From: Diplonema japonicum
Taxonomy: Eukaryota > Protista > Euglenozoa: Diplonemea
Assembly (NCBI GenBank): GCA_964019335.1
Contig: OZ025733.1
Location: 62,001 to 126,000 of the forward strand
Reading direction: 5' to 3'
Length of the DNA stretch: 64,000 bases
Shown: positions 21,675 through 33,964 of the stretch, piece after piece
How positions within the stretch are numbered: the first letter of the stretch is position 1
How the letters are laid out: each line of letters starts with the position of its first letter
The notes under the pieces: model-generated
Told to the model about the DNA's origin: nothing
Database searches by the model: none
Seen by the model: the letters and a program-made list of their open reading frames with translations, nothing else
Made by a program: the position numbers and the translations under genes

Positions 21675-23850
21675 CCATTAAAGGACGAAGCGCTAGATAT
21701 CTAGCGATGAAAAAATTAAAATTTTTGTATAGGCATTTTAAGTACCATAGACCCTTACCCTTGCACAGAATGACCTAGTTCCGCGATTTCTTTTCAATCG
21801 AAAATCACTTTTGGCCCCAAGATTAACCTCCAAAAACACCCTCGAAACCAGTTTTTGGTGGCACGAAAGCTCAGATGAGCAGTACTGATTCAGACGAGTT
21901 CGGGAGTGCCCAAGGGGACATTCTCACTGACGATGGGACCTCACCTAGCGCCAGTAGTGACGAGAAGAGTGAAAATATGCCCTGGGAGAGGGATATTACG
22001 CAGGTTACGCGTAAGAAGTGACAGGACACAGGGGGGGGGCAGAAATCACCCTTTTCCCACATGAGTGCATCAAGGATTTCCAAGCTGTTCATCTCAATGG
22101 GGTTTGTGAAATCTCTTTGCACCGTTTGCAAGTACCACAACCCTGACTTTGACTTCACTGTGGACGATATCTATCAGTTTGTGGCTTGTGGGTGCTCATG
22201 GACATCATCCGCAAGGCTGGCATAAAAGATTACTGGCCGACCATTTGTGCCCTCGCCACACCTTTTTTTGGCAAGTGTAATGAAACGTTACTGCTTTTTG
22301 CGCTTACAGCGGTCGTTGCATTTTGGAGGGGTGAAGAGACAGGTTGCAAAAAATAAGATTCTTGCTCCCCTACCTGTCTGCAACACTATTCCCCCGGAGA
22401 ATCGATCATTGATGAGAGTATGATCAAGTCACACGGTAGGCATCGCTTCAGAGTATTCCAGCCTGCAAAGAGGACAGGTGAGGCTGTGCACCGGACAGAA
22501 TCTGACACAGGGTCGTGTTCAACTTGTCGCAGTGCTAATACCATTGTAAAAGCGTGAAAAAGCAATCAAACACAGCACTGTGGACCCCGATGTGAGGTAT
22601 CTCAGCACTTGGCATATTACCTTCCCATTTGGTGAAGGATCGAGGTCATTGTAGGGGGGTGCTGGTGTTTGGGAGCCCTGACTCGCGTGCAGGATTGGCG
22701 TACCACGTGATCACTGCAGAAGCACCAATGCTTATGATGCCAAAAAAGGACAACATGGCGACCAGAATGTCTCGGCGGCGGAGCTCTACTTCGAGCTTCT
22801 TGTCCTGCAGCTCGAGCGCGACAATGAAAGCTCTTACAACGTTCTCCCGTATCTCCTGCGGTGCCTTCAATGGCGTCTTGCTTGACATGAAGTGAACGTC
22901 GTGCTCAGTCTGAAAGCGCACCCCACGTGACTTGTCGATGCCACTATTCGTGTCCACCTGGTGGATGGCTCGGCATCGATAGCGTTCCCCTTGTACCCCG
23001 GCATCGATAACTTCTATACTGGCGTTACCCTTGTACAACAGATGTGGGAATCGGGTTTGTGGTGGAAACAATCCGAGGAAAGTCCAGTCAATGGTGGTAA
23101 CAATCCGAAGAAAACCGACAGAATGTACCTAATCTTGCTCCAGTGAAGAAGCAAGTAGGCCCAGGCAGGCCCAAAAACGGGTTCGCGATGAGCGACAACA
23201 GCTTTTCGACTGTTATGCGCCAGTCCGGAAACAACCGCCCAGCAAGCACCCGTTCTGAAATGGGGACCGAGGGGCCCAGGGAAGATGCCAGGCGCGACTT
23301 CACCAAAGGTCACTGGTCCAAAAAACTGGATGCAGCAAGACAATGGACACACCACATGCGTGTTTTGGGGGTCCGGGAGCAAACTATCTTCATCTGCAAG
23401 GCTTGTAACGTGCATCTGTGCCCAGCTTGCTTTGCGGACTATCACGAACCAGTGGTTTACCCACCCCAATCTACCCCCTCTGGAGGCCCGGCCACACCGA
23501 AGAAACGCCTAAGGACCAGCGTCTCCAAACACATACCCTTCTCCCCAGGTCGTCATCTGAGCCAAGTCCCAAAAGCAAAACCCCCCCTAGCACTCCGAGG
23601 CCCAAGCGAAAAAAGTAAGGAAGTGTCTAACCTATGGGTGGGGTTTTACAATAAATTTCACTTCAACTCCTTATTCTATTCACTTCCCAGGGCCTTTGAG
23701 GGGCGTCTGGGGGTGTTTTTTGTCCCTCCTGGGTGATGTATTTTCTTTTACACAAGCGTCGTTCTATGGTTGCATGCTCGAGGATGTTTTAATTTTAGAA
23801 AATAAAAAAGTCGACCTTTTTTTTGCCCAAAAACCCCCGTCCTTTAATGG
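21675..23850 (+). mobile_element. piggyBac-like DNA transposon, defective; 13-bp TIRs and TTAA target duplication
   Basis: TTAA|CCATTAAAGGACG (21671-21687) ... CGTCCTTTAATGG|TTAA (23838-23854), perfect inverted match. Transposase remnants inside. Confidence 0.9.
21875..23450 (+). pseudogene. piggyBac (PGBD4-like) transposase pseudogene
   Basis: Acidic N-terminus from ATG 21875 with premature stops; LRLQRSLHF; IIDESMIKSHGRHRFRVFQPAK at 22405-22470 (first catalytic Asp motif); C-terminal Cys-rich domain TIFICKACNVHLCPACFADYH. The central catalytic region is not recognisable. Confidence 0.8.
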
Positions 23851-24158
23851 TTAAATTTTTTTTTTTTTCGTTGTACGATTTTATATCTTTTTGTTCTCTC
23901 TCTCTCTTTTTTTTTTTTTTTCCATTTTTTTTTTTTTTTTTCCGGCCTCCATGAAAGAGGGGGAAAAAAAAAGAGAAAAAAAAAAAAAAAAAAGGTCAGC
24001 AACCTCCCCCATACACTTCCCCACATCCCACCCCTTACTTTTCTTTTTTTATTTTATGATTAGCAATCCACATCAAGGTAATGAAAACCTAATGAAAAAA
24101 AAAGGAGCTATTTATTGCCAACAAATTATGAAAAAACGGTAACGAGTGTTAAATAATG

Positions 24159-24589
24159 TTTTATTTCACTCTTCGTCATTTGAGTCGCTCACTTTTCACT
24201 GCTTTCGCTGCTGTTTTGTTTCACGAAGGTTAGCTTTTTGGGGATTTCCCTATGGTAATACGGGGGTAGCTATTTCGCCGTGTGATTTTAAGGGGAAATA
24301 AAGCACTTATTCCCACTTTTAAGGGCCGGAATGGCCTCAGATGGCCAAAAATAGTCAAAATATCCCCACCCCAAAAATTTTTTCAAGGGGTTAGGTACAT
24401 TTTTTCCCGCGACAACCCCCCCCCTTTTTTTTCCTCTGCTCTGAAGCCCCATAATTTAACTGCAAAATCTCATTATTTAACGAAGTTAAGTAAAATGGCC
24501 ATTTTTTTTTTTTTTTTTTTTCCGGATTAAATAAATGAGTCCCCCCTAGTGAGTGAAGAAAAAAAAATGACGAAAAGAGTGAAATAAAA
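24159..24589. mobile_element. MITE-like element of the TTTTATTTCAC-end family
   Basis: TTTTATTTCACTCTTCGTCATT (24159-24180) versus AATGACGAAAAGAGTGAAATAAAA (24566-24589). Confidence 0.65.
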
Positions 24590-24670
24590 TATTGTGTCGC
24601 AAAAAAAAAAAAAAAAAAGTAGGGGAGAGAAAGAAAAAAAAAAAGAGGAAAAAAAAAAAAAAAAAAAAAA

Positions 24671-25412
24671 ATGCCACCGACTGCATCTTACACAGAAGAG
24701 CCATGCAGCGGTCTGTGGAGGTCAGAGGACATGAAGCTCGTGTCGATTACGTTCGAGCGAGGGAAGATAAAAAAGGACCTGCTGGCGATCGGGAAGCTAG
24801 GATGCGTACAGCTCTGCGACATGAACGCCTCCGCACAGACCTTCTCTAAGCAATTTGCGGGAGAAGTACGGAGATGCGAGGATCTAATGAGGCAGCTACG
24901 AGTTTTCAAAGGACAGCTAGGAAAATGGGAACCTGAAATGGGCTGGCGCGCACAACACACACCGACCGACGCCGCCTTCACAGAAAGAGGTCTCGATGTC
25001 GCTGAAGCCGAAATCCGTTCTGCCACCGCTGAGTACACCAAAACTCTTGCTACCTACGAGCAGCTCAGCGACAACTGGCTAAACAGTTACGAGTTCTGGC
25101 AAATTCTCGACTCGGGCATTGTGCGAGACGTGACCAACAGCTCAGGCGATGAATCGGGTCTCGGTGTCCTTGCCGGCACCATACCCTCTTCCAAGGTGGC
25201 CACGTTTGAACGGCTGGCCTACCGCTGCACGCGAGGGTACTGCAAAATCCACCTCACAAAGCTCCCCTCCCCAACCCATGAGAGTACGGTCTACGAGGCG
25301 GGCGCCATGTTCAAGGACGACGACCTTGACAGACACATGTTCATAGGCGTCTTCGGGTCGCAGAGCGTGGGGTCGCGGTTGAAAAGGCTTGCACAGTCCA
25401 TGGATGTATGAA

Positions 25413-25460
<48 letters not shown>

Positions 25461-27083
25461 TCGCATCCTGCTTGAGAACAACCTGTCGCACGAGCAACGT
25501 GTGCAAGAAGAGAAATCGCAGAAGGAGATGGTCATGGACTGCTCAAGGATGCTTTTGGTTTGAAATATTTATATAAAAAAAAAAAAAAAACAGAAAGCCC
25601 GCGAAACCTTGCAAACACTGCTCAGCACATGCGTTGTGCCGAACATGAGGCTGTGGACCCACACAGCGTTGATCCACAAGGGAATCGCACACAGCATGAA
25701 CCTTTTACATTTGAGAACCCACTCCGCGGTAGCTGTGGCGTGGGTCCCTGCAGCAAAACTCCTGAACCTGCAAGAGTCGCTCGAGTCCGGTGATGCAACA
25801 GGCAAAACCGTGGTCATTGTCCAGGACACACCATCACACGTGTCGCCACCAACATATTTCCAAACAAACGTGTACACCGAATGTTTCCAGGGCATTGTCA
25901 ACTCCTACGGAATGCCCAGATACAAGGAAGTCAACCCTGGCGTCTTCACTATGATAACCTTCCCCTGGCTGTTTGGTGTAATGTATGGCGATGTCGGGCA
26001 CGGGCTGATCATAACCCTGGCAGCCCTGCTTCTCATCATGATGGAGAAAAAGCTTGGAAAGCAAAGCCTCAACGAACTGGTAGCGATGATATTCTCCGCA
26101 AGATATCTACTCCTCCTCATGGGGCTGTTCGCTACTTTCTACGGTTTACTATACAATGATTGTTTCGGGCTTATGCTTCAGTACAGTACGACCTCCTTCA
26201 ACATGAAGGAGTACACGCCAACCGGCACGAAAGATCTCATTGAACGACCGGTACAGTGCGTCAACCATTCTTGCAATGTTTGCGGTAATTTGGACTCCGC
26301 GATTCTTGATTCCAAAAACGGATATTCAGCCCCGTCGTTTGGCGTGGATGTGGCGTGGTCAGGTGCTGGGAAGAAACTGGATTTGTATAACTCGTTCAAA
26401 ATGAAGTCTGCCATCGTGATCGGGATTATTCAGATGATGCTCGGGTTAGTTCTTCAGTTCTGCAACAACAGATATTTCAACGATTGGAAGCACATTTACT
26501 TCGGTTTCATCCCGGAAGTCGTTTTCCTGACCTGCACGTTTGGATACATGTCGTTTTTGATTGTTCTGAAATGGCTGTCTCCCTTCCAAACAGCGTGTCA
26601 AGTCGGTTTGTTGGAGACAATGGTAAACTTTTTTTTGAACCCGGCGGGCGCGGAGAATTTTCATGAACTGTTCCCGGGACAGCTCGGTGTCCAACAAATG
26701 CTTCTCGGGTTCGCGATGGTAGCGGTCGTCCCGTTCATGTTGTTCCCCATTCCATATATCGAGTGGAAGTACCACAGCACCAATGACTACTGTGATCATG
26801 ATTCAGATGGTGAGGATGCCTCATTGATGCACCAAGACAGAGAGATGCGTCTTATGCCGTCGGGTGAGCAGGCACCTCGATGTGATGATGGTGACATGAT
26901 TCGCAATCTATTCCCAGTGCCCGAGTATGCTTTTGACATGCAAGAGGTTGTCATCAAGCAAGTCATCCATGCCATCGAATTTGTTTTGGGGTCTGTTTCA
27001 AACACAGCGTCGTATCTCCGGCTGTGGGCGTTGTCCTTGGCTCACGCACAGCTCAGCGAGGTTTGTTGTGGGGAAAGGGGGAA

Positions 27084-27139
<56 letters not shown>

Positions 27140-27408
27140 TTTTCCTTGAGTTCTTGATCATCTTCCCCATGGCCAAGACCGGTGTGGCTGGTAAGGTGTC
27201 GGTATTCGTTGGGTTCACCATATGGATCTCCGCGACTCTGGGTGTTCTCATCGGGATGGAGGCGTTGTCGGCCTTCTTGCATGCATTGCGTCTTCATTGG
27301 GTTGAGTTTCAGAACAAATTCTACATTGCCGATGGGTACGCGTTTACGCCCCTTGATCTTGATGTCCTAATGGAGGAAGCTGAGGAGATGAACGCTCAGG
27401 ATCCGTAA
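24671..27408 (+). CDS. VPH1: V-type H+-ATPase V0 subunit a; exons 24671-25405, 25459-25557, 25594-27060, 27139-27408
   Basis: [54 protein letters not shown]|[25 protein letters not shown]. Three GT-(A)n-AG introns restore the frame. Confidence 0.96.
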
Positions 27409-27418
27409 ATAGACTTTG

Positions 27419-27462
<44 letters not shown>

Positions 27463-27719
27463 GTTCTCCATTTCCCCTCCCCCATTGGTAGTCCAAGGGG
27501 GACACAAAAGCAGAAAGAAGAAGGGGAAAAAAAAAAAAAAATGGCTCTTTGGGGTTCTCTGGAGGGGGAGCCCAGGCTTTTTTTTTTTTTTTTTCCGAAA
27601 AAGAGAGGGGAGAAGAAAAAAGTGTTATTTATTCCCTCCTCCAAGGGAGGGACAACAAGTAGGGATAGTAGGTAGATAAAAAAAAAAGACTTTTTTTTGA
27701 TTCAATATCTCTTTCTTTT

Positions 27720-27764
<45 letters not shown>

Positions 27765-28685
27765 ACCACCTTTTTGTCCCTTCTCCCCTCCCTTTTTTTC
27801 TTCTTTTTTTTCGAGGCATCGGTGTGGGGGGGGGGGGGGGGGGGGGGGCTCACTCCCTCTTCGTAATCAATGTTGCTGGCTTGTGTGGTTTGCACTGCAG
27901 AAGTATTCACTTTGGTCGCAGTTTATTCATTCTCCGCCCCTCCTTTTTTTTTTGGGGGGGGGGAGAAAAGGGTTTCAAAGTGAGTGTGTTCACCCTTTAA
28001 CCGCTTACAATTTGGTAATGATGTAATAAAACAGGAAAAAAACCCCCCCTTTTTTTTTGGTGTTTTGGCATTGTTTCATCGCTAGCTTGAGGAAGTTTTG
28101 TCTCGCCACCCCTCTTTTTTTTTTTCTTCTTTTTTGTAAAAAAAGAAAGGTGAGCAGCTGGGAGGGGTAAGGGGAAATAAAAGAAAAAAAAATTTGCTTT
28201 TTTTTTTCCCCCAATTTTTTTTTCTTCTCCTTTTTTTTTTATTCATTCATATCTTCTCTCTCTCCACTGAGCTACCTTTTCGATTAGAAGATTTTTTGTT
28301 TTTTTTTTTTTCCTTTTTTTTTCTCTCCTGTTTTTCTGCTCTTTTCTTCACCCCCCTTTTTTTATGTCTTCAAGTAACACCCCCCTCCCCCCTTCAAGGA
28401 TATAGTATTAAAAAAAGAAGAGATTATTTTAACAAAGAATGAACGCATCCCCCATATTCGTTTTTTTTTTGACCATTTGCCTCTCTCCAAATTGTTACCC
28501 CTTCTTTCTTTTTTTTTTTCCGGGCTTCTTTTTTTTTTTTTAAATAAAATTCTTTTTTTTTTCTCTTTTTTTTTTCATAGAAAAAAAACAACAGCATCAA
28601 ATGCATCTTCAAAGAGGGGGGAAGAAAAAAAAAAAAGAGAAGAAAAAACTTTTTAAAAAAAAAAAACTAAAAATATTAGCTTACG

Positions 28686-29189
28686 ATGGTGTATTTGAAT
28701 AGCATAGATTCTTTCACCGAGGCAGCACAGAAATTATACAAAGATGACCCCGTAAATGTATGTGTCCAACGGAAGGGGGGTGAGTTGACAAAACTAAACA
28801 AAAACTAGACAAGATATTCCATGAAATTTGACCGAAGTGGCTGCAATGTGGTGCTGCGAGTCACAGATGACAAAACGGTGTGGGAAAGAAAAAAAACAAA
28901 AAAAAAAGAAAAAAAAAAAAAAAAAAAAAACAGTGCGTAAGCTACAGAACTACTGAGGCCTCAGACATGCGAAGGGTAGAAAAGCTAAACACACTATTCT
29001 TGTTTATGTATGTCAGGGAAAAAAGAAAAAAAAAAAAAAAAAAAAAAAAAAAGGTGTGCTGAAAAGGAATACAACGAGGAAGAGGTGGAGCAACATAACC
29101 AGCAAAAGCAGCAGCAGCAACAAGCCCAATCTGCCGCGCAAAAGAGAAAACCCCAGACCCAAGGACAAGGTAAAAAAAAGAAAAAGTAG
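28686..29189 (+). CDS. SRP9: Signal recognition particle subunit SRP9; exons 28686-28757, 28809-28877, 28934-29007, 29054-29189
   Basis: Spliced product MVYLNSIDSFTEAAQKLYKDDPVNTRYSMKFDRSGCNVVLRVTDDKTCVSYRTTEASDMRRVEKLNTLFLFMCAEK...KKKKK* follows the SRP9 pattern (MVY..W.EF..A..L...DP..TRY.MKY...LVLKVTD..C..YKT....KK.EKLN..F). Confidence 0.88.
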
Positions 29190-29349
29190 AGAGAAAAGAA
29201 AAGGTGAACGGAAAAAAAAAAAAAAAAAACCGTCAAAGAAAAAAAAAAAGAATAATGAAGGAAAGTACTTAGTGTTTTTTTTTTTTTTTTTTTTTTTTTT
29301 CTTCTTTCCCTACTTTCTCTCACTTATTTTTTTTTTTTTTTTTGTTAGT

Positions 29350-29394
<45 letters not shown>

Positions 29395-29471
29395 CACTAT
29401 TATTGTGATTTCTTTCCATTCATTTTGAAAGAACTAATGAGAATAGGGGGAGGAGGAAGAAAAAGAAAATA

Positions 29472-29657
29472 ATGGGGACAACCAAAACCGAATCAATGAG
29501 CGTGGGGCCGGGGAAACAGAAGGGGATCCTACACGCGAACGAGATTACAATCGCAAATAGAGCACAGGTCCCAATCGTCATTACCGGCGTGCTCGCTGAA
29601 ACTGGTTCCAGTCTAGTCCGAAAAACGCGGCCAATTGCCAGGGTTTGTTGGAAGGAA

Positions 29658-29692
<35 letters not shown>

Positions 29693-29755
29693 ACACAGCC
29701 GTTCGTGTTCAAACCAACCTCAGCCAGCTCTGGGAAAATAAACCGAACCCCGTGA
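29472..29755 (+). CDS. Possible small spliced hypothetical protein; exons 29472-29642, 29699-29755
   Basis: ATG after an A-rich leader and a typical GTTTG-(A)n-CACAG intron candidate; no homology recognised. Confidence 0.3.
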
Positions 29756-30023
29756 CGAAAAAAAAAAAGATTCCTTTTTTTAAAAAGTAAAATAAAATAA
29801 AATAAAATAAGGGAAAAAGGGGGGGGGCAGTAGGGACAATGTCAATTACACGTGTTTTCTTTTGTTACAATATTTATAGATTTTATAACTGTGTGCAACT
29901 TGTGCCGAGCAAAAAAGAGAAAAAAAACCGTTTTTTTTTTGCTTGAACAACAAAGACATATAGTCATAAAGATTTATCCCCCCCCCCCCATCCCCCCCTC
30001 TTTTTTATACTTTCCTCATTTCA

Positions 30024-31404
30024 ATGCAACACACAAACACAACACACAGGTTGGGGAGCCCCCTTTTTTTTTCCTTCCCCCCCCATCCCACACACTTTTT
30101 AGTTTCCCCCCCCCTTTTTTTTCTTCAAGAAAAAAAAAACCCCCAAAAGCGAAAAAAAATTTTCTTCTGCGCAGAGGGCGCGTCAGGGAGGTACCATCTC
30201 CGGGGGCCTCTAGCCAAGACGAAAGAGCAAAGAGTGCCGGGGTCACGGGTGTTGAATGCTTTCAGGGAGGGGAAGAGGAAAGCGCTGCAAAGTTGGGGCG
30301 GTCTGGTGGGGCTGATCCAGGTCAACGGCAACAAAGACGAATATTTTCTAAAAGGCGAATCGGGCCCCGTTGTCATCCTCGGCCAAGAGTACAACCACCC
30401 CGCCGACCCTCGGTTTCGCACCGACCTCAAAAACGTCACATGGTTTTGCTACCGAAAAAATTTCACCTTAAAAACCCCGAATGGGAGGATTATAACATCA
30501 GATGCGGGGTGGGGCTGTGTTCATAGGTGTGGGCAAATGCTGCTTTGTACCACACTGGCGGTTCATTTACGGCGGGAAAGGTCGTTTATGGTGTCGTATT
30601 TTATGGATAGTTCTGTTGCTCCGTTTTCAATTCAAAGAATTTGCAACGAAGGGGTAAAACACGGCAGACGGATAGGACAGTGGTTTGCCCCATCCACCAT
30701 TGCAAAATGCCTGGACACTCTGGTCACGTCGGAAAACAACAGCACATCAAGCCCGCTTAGTGTTGAAAAATTATCTGTCGTAGTTTGCGAACAAGCTGCC
30801 ATCTACCCTGACAAATTACACCATGAAATCGCGTCTCATACCGGGATTCTCCTTCTCGTCCCTATCAGGCTTGGTCTTGACAGAGTTGATTCAGAGTATT
30901 ACTCAGCAATAAAAGGTTGTCTGTCAACTCCAGCTACCGTTGGTATCATCGGTGGAAAGCCTAAGTATTCGCTTTACTTCACCGGGTTTCAAGGTGATCA
31001 GCTTATCTACACCGATCCTCACAAGGTCCAATCGGCATTTTTGACCACCGACAGTCTTGGGTCAACGGTAGACCCTCATCGGCAGTCCGTGCCAATATCC
31101 GAAATCGATCCTTCTTGCCTGCTTTGTTTTTACCTTTCGGCTCCTAGCGAGATAGACGAGCTGGTTGATCAGTTGAAACTTTTAATGCAGGTTTGAAAAA
31201 AAAAAAAAAAAAAAAAAAAAAACTTTTTTTTTTGTAGAAGTACAAATATCCAATTCTATCCTTTGTTTCTGGCTACCCTTCGATGTCGGACATTGATGGG
31301 GTTGACACAGGTATGTTGAATGGGAGGGGGTGGGGGGGGCTCTTTAAAAAAAAAAAGATTGCAATGCATCTCTCGACGACGATGATGACTACATTGTAAT
31401 CTAA
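30024..31404 (+). CDS. ATG4: Autophagy cysteine protease ATG4 (peptidase C54); exons ...-31190, 31238-31310, 31358-31404; true start uncertain
   Basis: WFCYRKNF, TSDAGWGCVHRCGQMLL (catalytic Cys), GQWFAPS, GIIGGKPKYSLYF, YTDPH, IDPSCLLCF. The spliced tail ends DDDDDYIVI*, a LIR-like motif. Confidence 0.92.
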
Positions 31405-33255
31405 TGACAGGAGAAAAGGGGGGGGAGAGAGAGAGAGAGAGAGAGAGAGAAAGAAATGCAACACAAAATATAAATCACCTCCCCCCCCCCCCCCCCCCTC
31501 CCCTTCTTTCCCCTCCTCCCCCATTTTATTTATTAAGGTTCGTCAGTCGTTTCTGTTGGTATTTCTCTTTTTTTAAAATGATGGGTGGAGGGGGTATTTC
31601 TTTTTTTCTTTGTTTCTTCCATCTTTGGGTTAAGTTGTTTTCTTTTAAGGAAGCGGGGGGGGGGGGGGGGGTGTCGTTATTCTCTACTTTTATAACGCAG
31701 GTGGTTCGCTCAGAGTTTTCTCCCTCCCCCCCCCCCCCCCCCCGTTCTCTGTTTTATTTTTTTTTCATAAGAAAAAAAGACTTTCTTAAAAAAAAAAAAG
31801 AAAAGAAAAAAATAGGGGAGCGAAAGGCAAAAAAAAACAAAGAACGAAAAAGAACGGGGAGATAAAAAAAGTAGGGGGTTTCCCCCCCCCCCCCAATAAA
31901 ACCCCTAACTTTACACAAATTTACGTAGTTCTTTCTTTTTTAACTTCAACTAGGGATCTTGGTGCTGCAGTGTTTACGCATGAATTTACGTTGTGGAAGT
32001 TAAACCGTTGGAAAAGATTAGCTAGCAGAGCAGTGCCTTTTTTTATTTCTCTTTGTTGTTGTTTTTGTGTTGTGCTGCTTGACAGGTGGGTTTCTACTCA
32101 CCCCTTGCCTCTGTCTCTGCCCTTTCCCCCCTCCCCCTTCTTTTTTTTTTTGTATTGGTAGTTAAGTCATGGAGAAAGAACAAAGAAAAGAAGAAAAGAA
32201 AAGAAAAGAAAAGAAAAAAACTGAAACAAAAAAAAACAAAAAAAAATGGGACCTGACCCATTCTGCACTACATTATTACAGCAGAAGAAAATTGCCCACA
32301 ATGGATGACAGCGAATGTGGAGTGATAACTTTTTTTTTTTTTTTTTTATTTTTTTTTTTATGTGGGTGATTTTGAAATTGGAAAGGAAAGAAGGGGTGGA
32401 AAAAAAAACACTTTTTTTTGATTGCCTCCCCCCCCAAAAAAAAAGAAAGAAGAAAAAAGAAGAAAAAAGAAGAAAAAAAAACACAATAGCACCTTGACAC
32501 CTGAGTCAGCAAAGTGCCAGCCTTGCATAGGAGGGACTTTATTCCCCCCCCCCCCCCCTCCCTCTTTTTTTAGCATTCTACAAACTTATAAAACGGTGTA
32601 GTTTTGGTCTGAGCAGCACTTGTAATACAAAAGAAAAAAAAAGAGAAACGAAACCGCAAATCGGCCAGAATTTTTTTGGCACATATACGCAGCGGGGTGG
32701 GAAGTTTCAGCTACAGTGCAACAGGGATATCGTCCCAGTTTACGTTCAAAAGAAAAAAAAAAAAAAAAAGAGAGACCTTCCACAAGATCTAACATGGGTC
32801 TGTGATAAAAAAAGAAATTCAAAAAATTCTTATTTTTCTTCTTTTTCTATCGGCGCAGCAAACAACTTTACCGGGAAAACAGCTGACCAGTTGGCTCGTC
32901 ACTCTACCCCCTCCCCCCCTTCTTTTTTCCTTTTGTTTCGTCCCTTTACCTCTTTTTCGCTATGTCCTCGTACCTGGGAGGGGGGGGGGGATAAACACTT
33001 TTTTGCCCAATCTTTCCTTTTCTTTCAATTCCCCCCCCCCCCCCCCCCAGTTACCATGGGTCTCTCTACCCCCATTTTTTGTTTTCCTTCTTGTTTCAAT
33101 TTCTCCTTGATATCGTTTTAAAGGAGATAAAAGTGTGCCGCAATGTCGTTTGATTTGGCTGTACCCACTTTTCTTTTTTTTTTTTCTCTTCAAAGGGTAG
33201 AAGTGGATTATCACTTTTTTTTTTGTCTGCAGAAAATAGTTGTCGGTTTTTTTTT

Positions 33256-33328
33256 TTTTTTATTTTTATTTTTATTTTTATTTTTATTTTTATTTTTATT
33301 TTTATTTTTATTTTTATTTTTATTTTAT
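33256..33328 (+). repeat. (TTTTTA)n microsatellite
   Basis: About 11 tandem hexamer units. Confidence 0.85.
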
Positions 33329-33964
33329 GGCCCACCGTTATTTACTTGAATTATTTGTCATTTTGGGATCCTTGCGAAAAAGAAAAGTAGAATAAAAGAA
33401 ATCCTAAAAGCAAAAGTTATATGCAAGGGAGGGGGGGGGGGGGGGGGAAAGTTTCCCTTCCCCTTCCCCCCTTAGACTTCGTCGTTGATTTTTTTTTTAA
33501 AAAACCATTTCTCATTTTCTTTCCATTTTTTTTATGCTTCCCCCCTATCCCCCTTTTCGTTCCTTACATTTGTCTGCTTCCCCTGCAACGCACCCCCCCC
33601 CCCCCCCCCTTTCGCTCTCTCTCACCCTCTCCTCTTTCCCTTTTTTTTATATGTTCCACTACCTTGTTTCCCCCAACAGAAGGAAGAAAAAAAAAAGAGA
33701 AAAAAAAAACACCCCCTTTTTTATTTTTTTCGCCATTACTTATTTTATTTTCTCCTTCAATTTTAACACAATTATTCTTTTTTTTTTTCTTTTTTTCCTT
33801 CTTCTTTTTTTCCCCTGCTGCTTCTAATCCCCATTGTTTTTTTTTTTTATTATTATGTTTCTTTCCTCTTGCCTCATCTTACCTGACGTCTGAGATATAA
33901 AATATAAAATATAAAAAAAAAAAAAAAAAAGGAAAGACGAGACAACAAAAAAAAAAGAAAGAAA

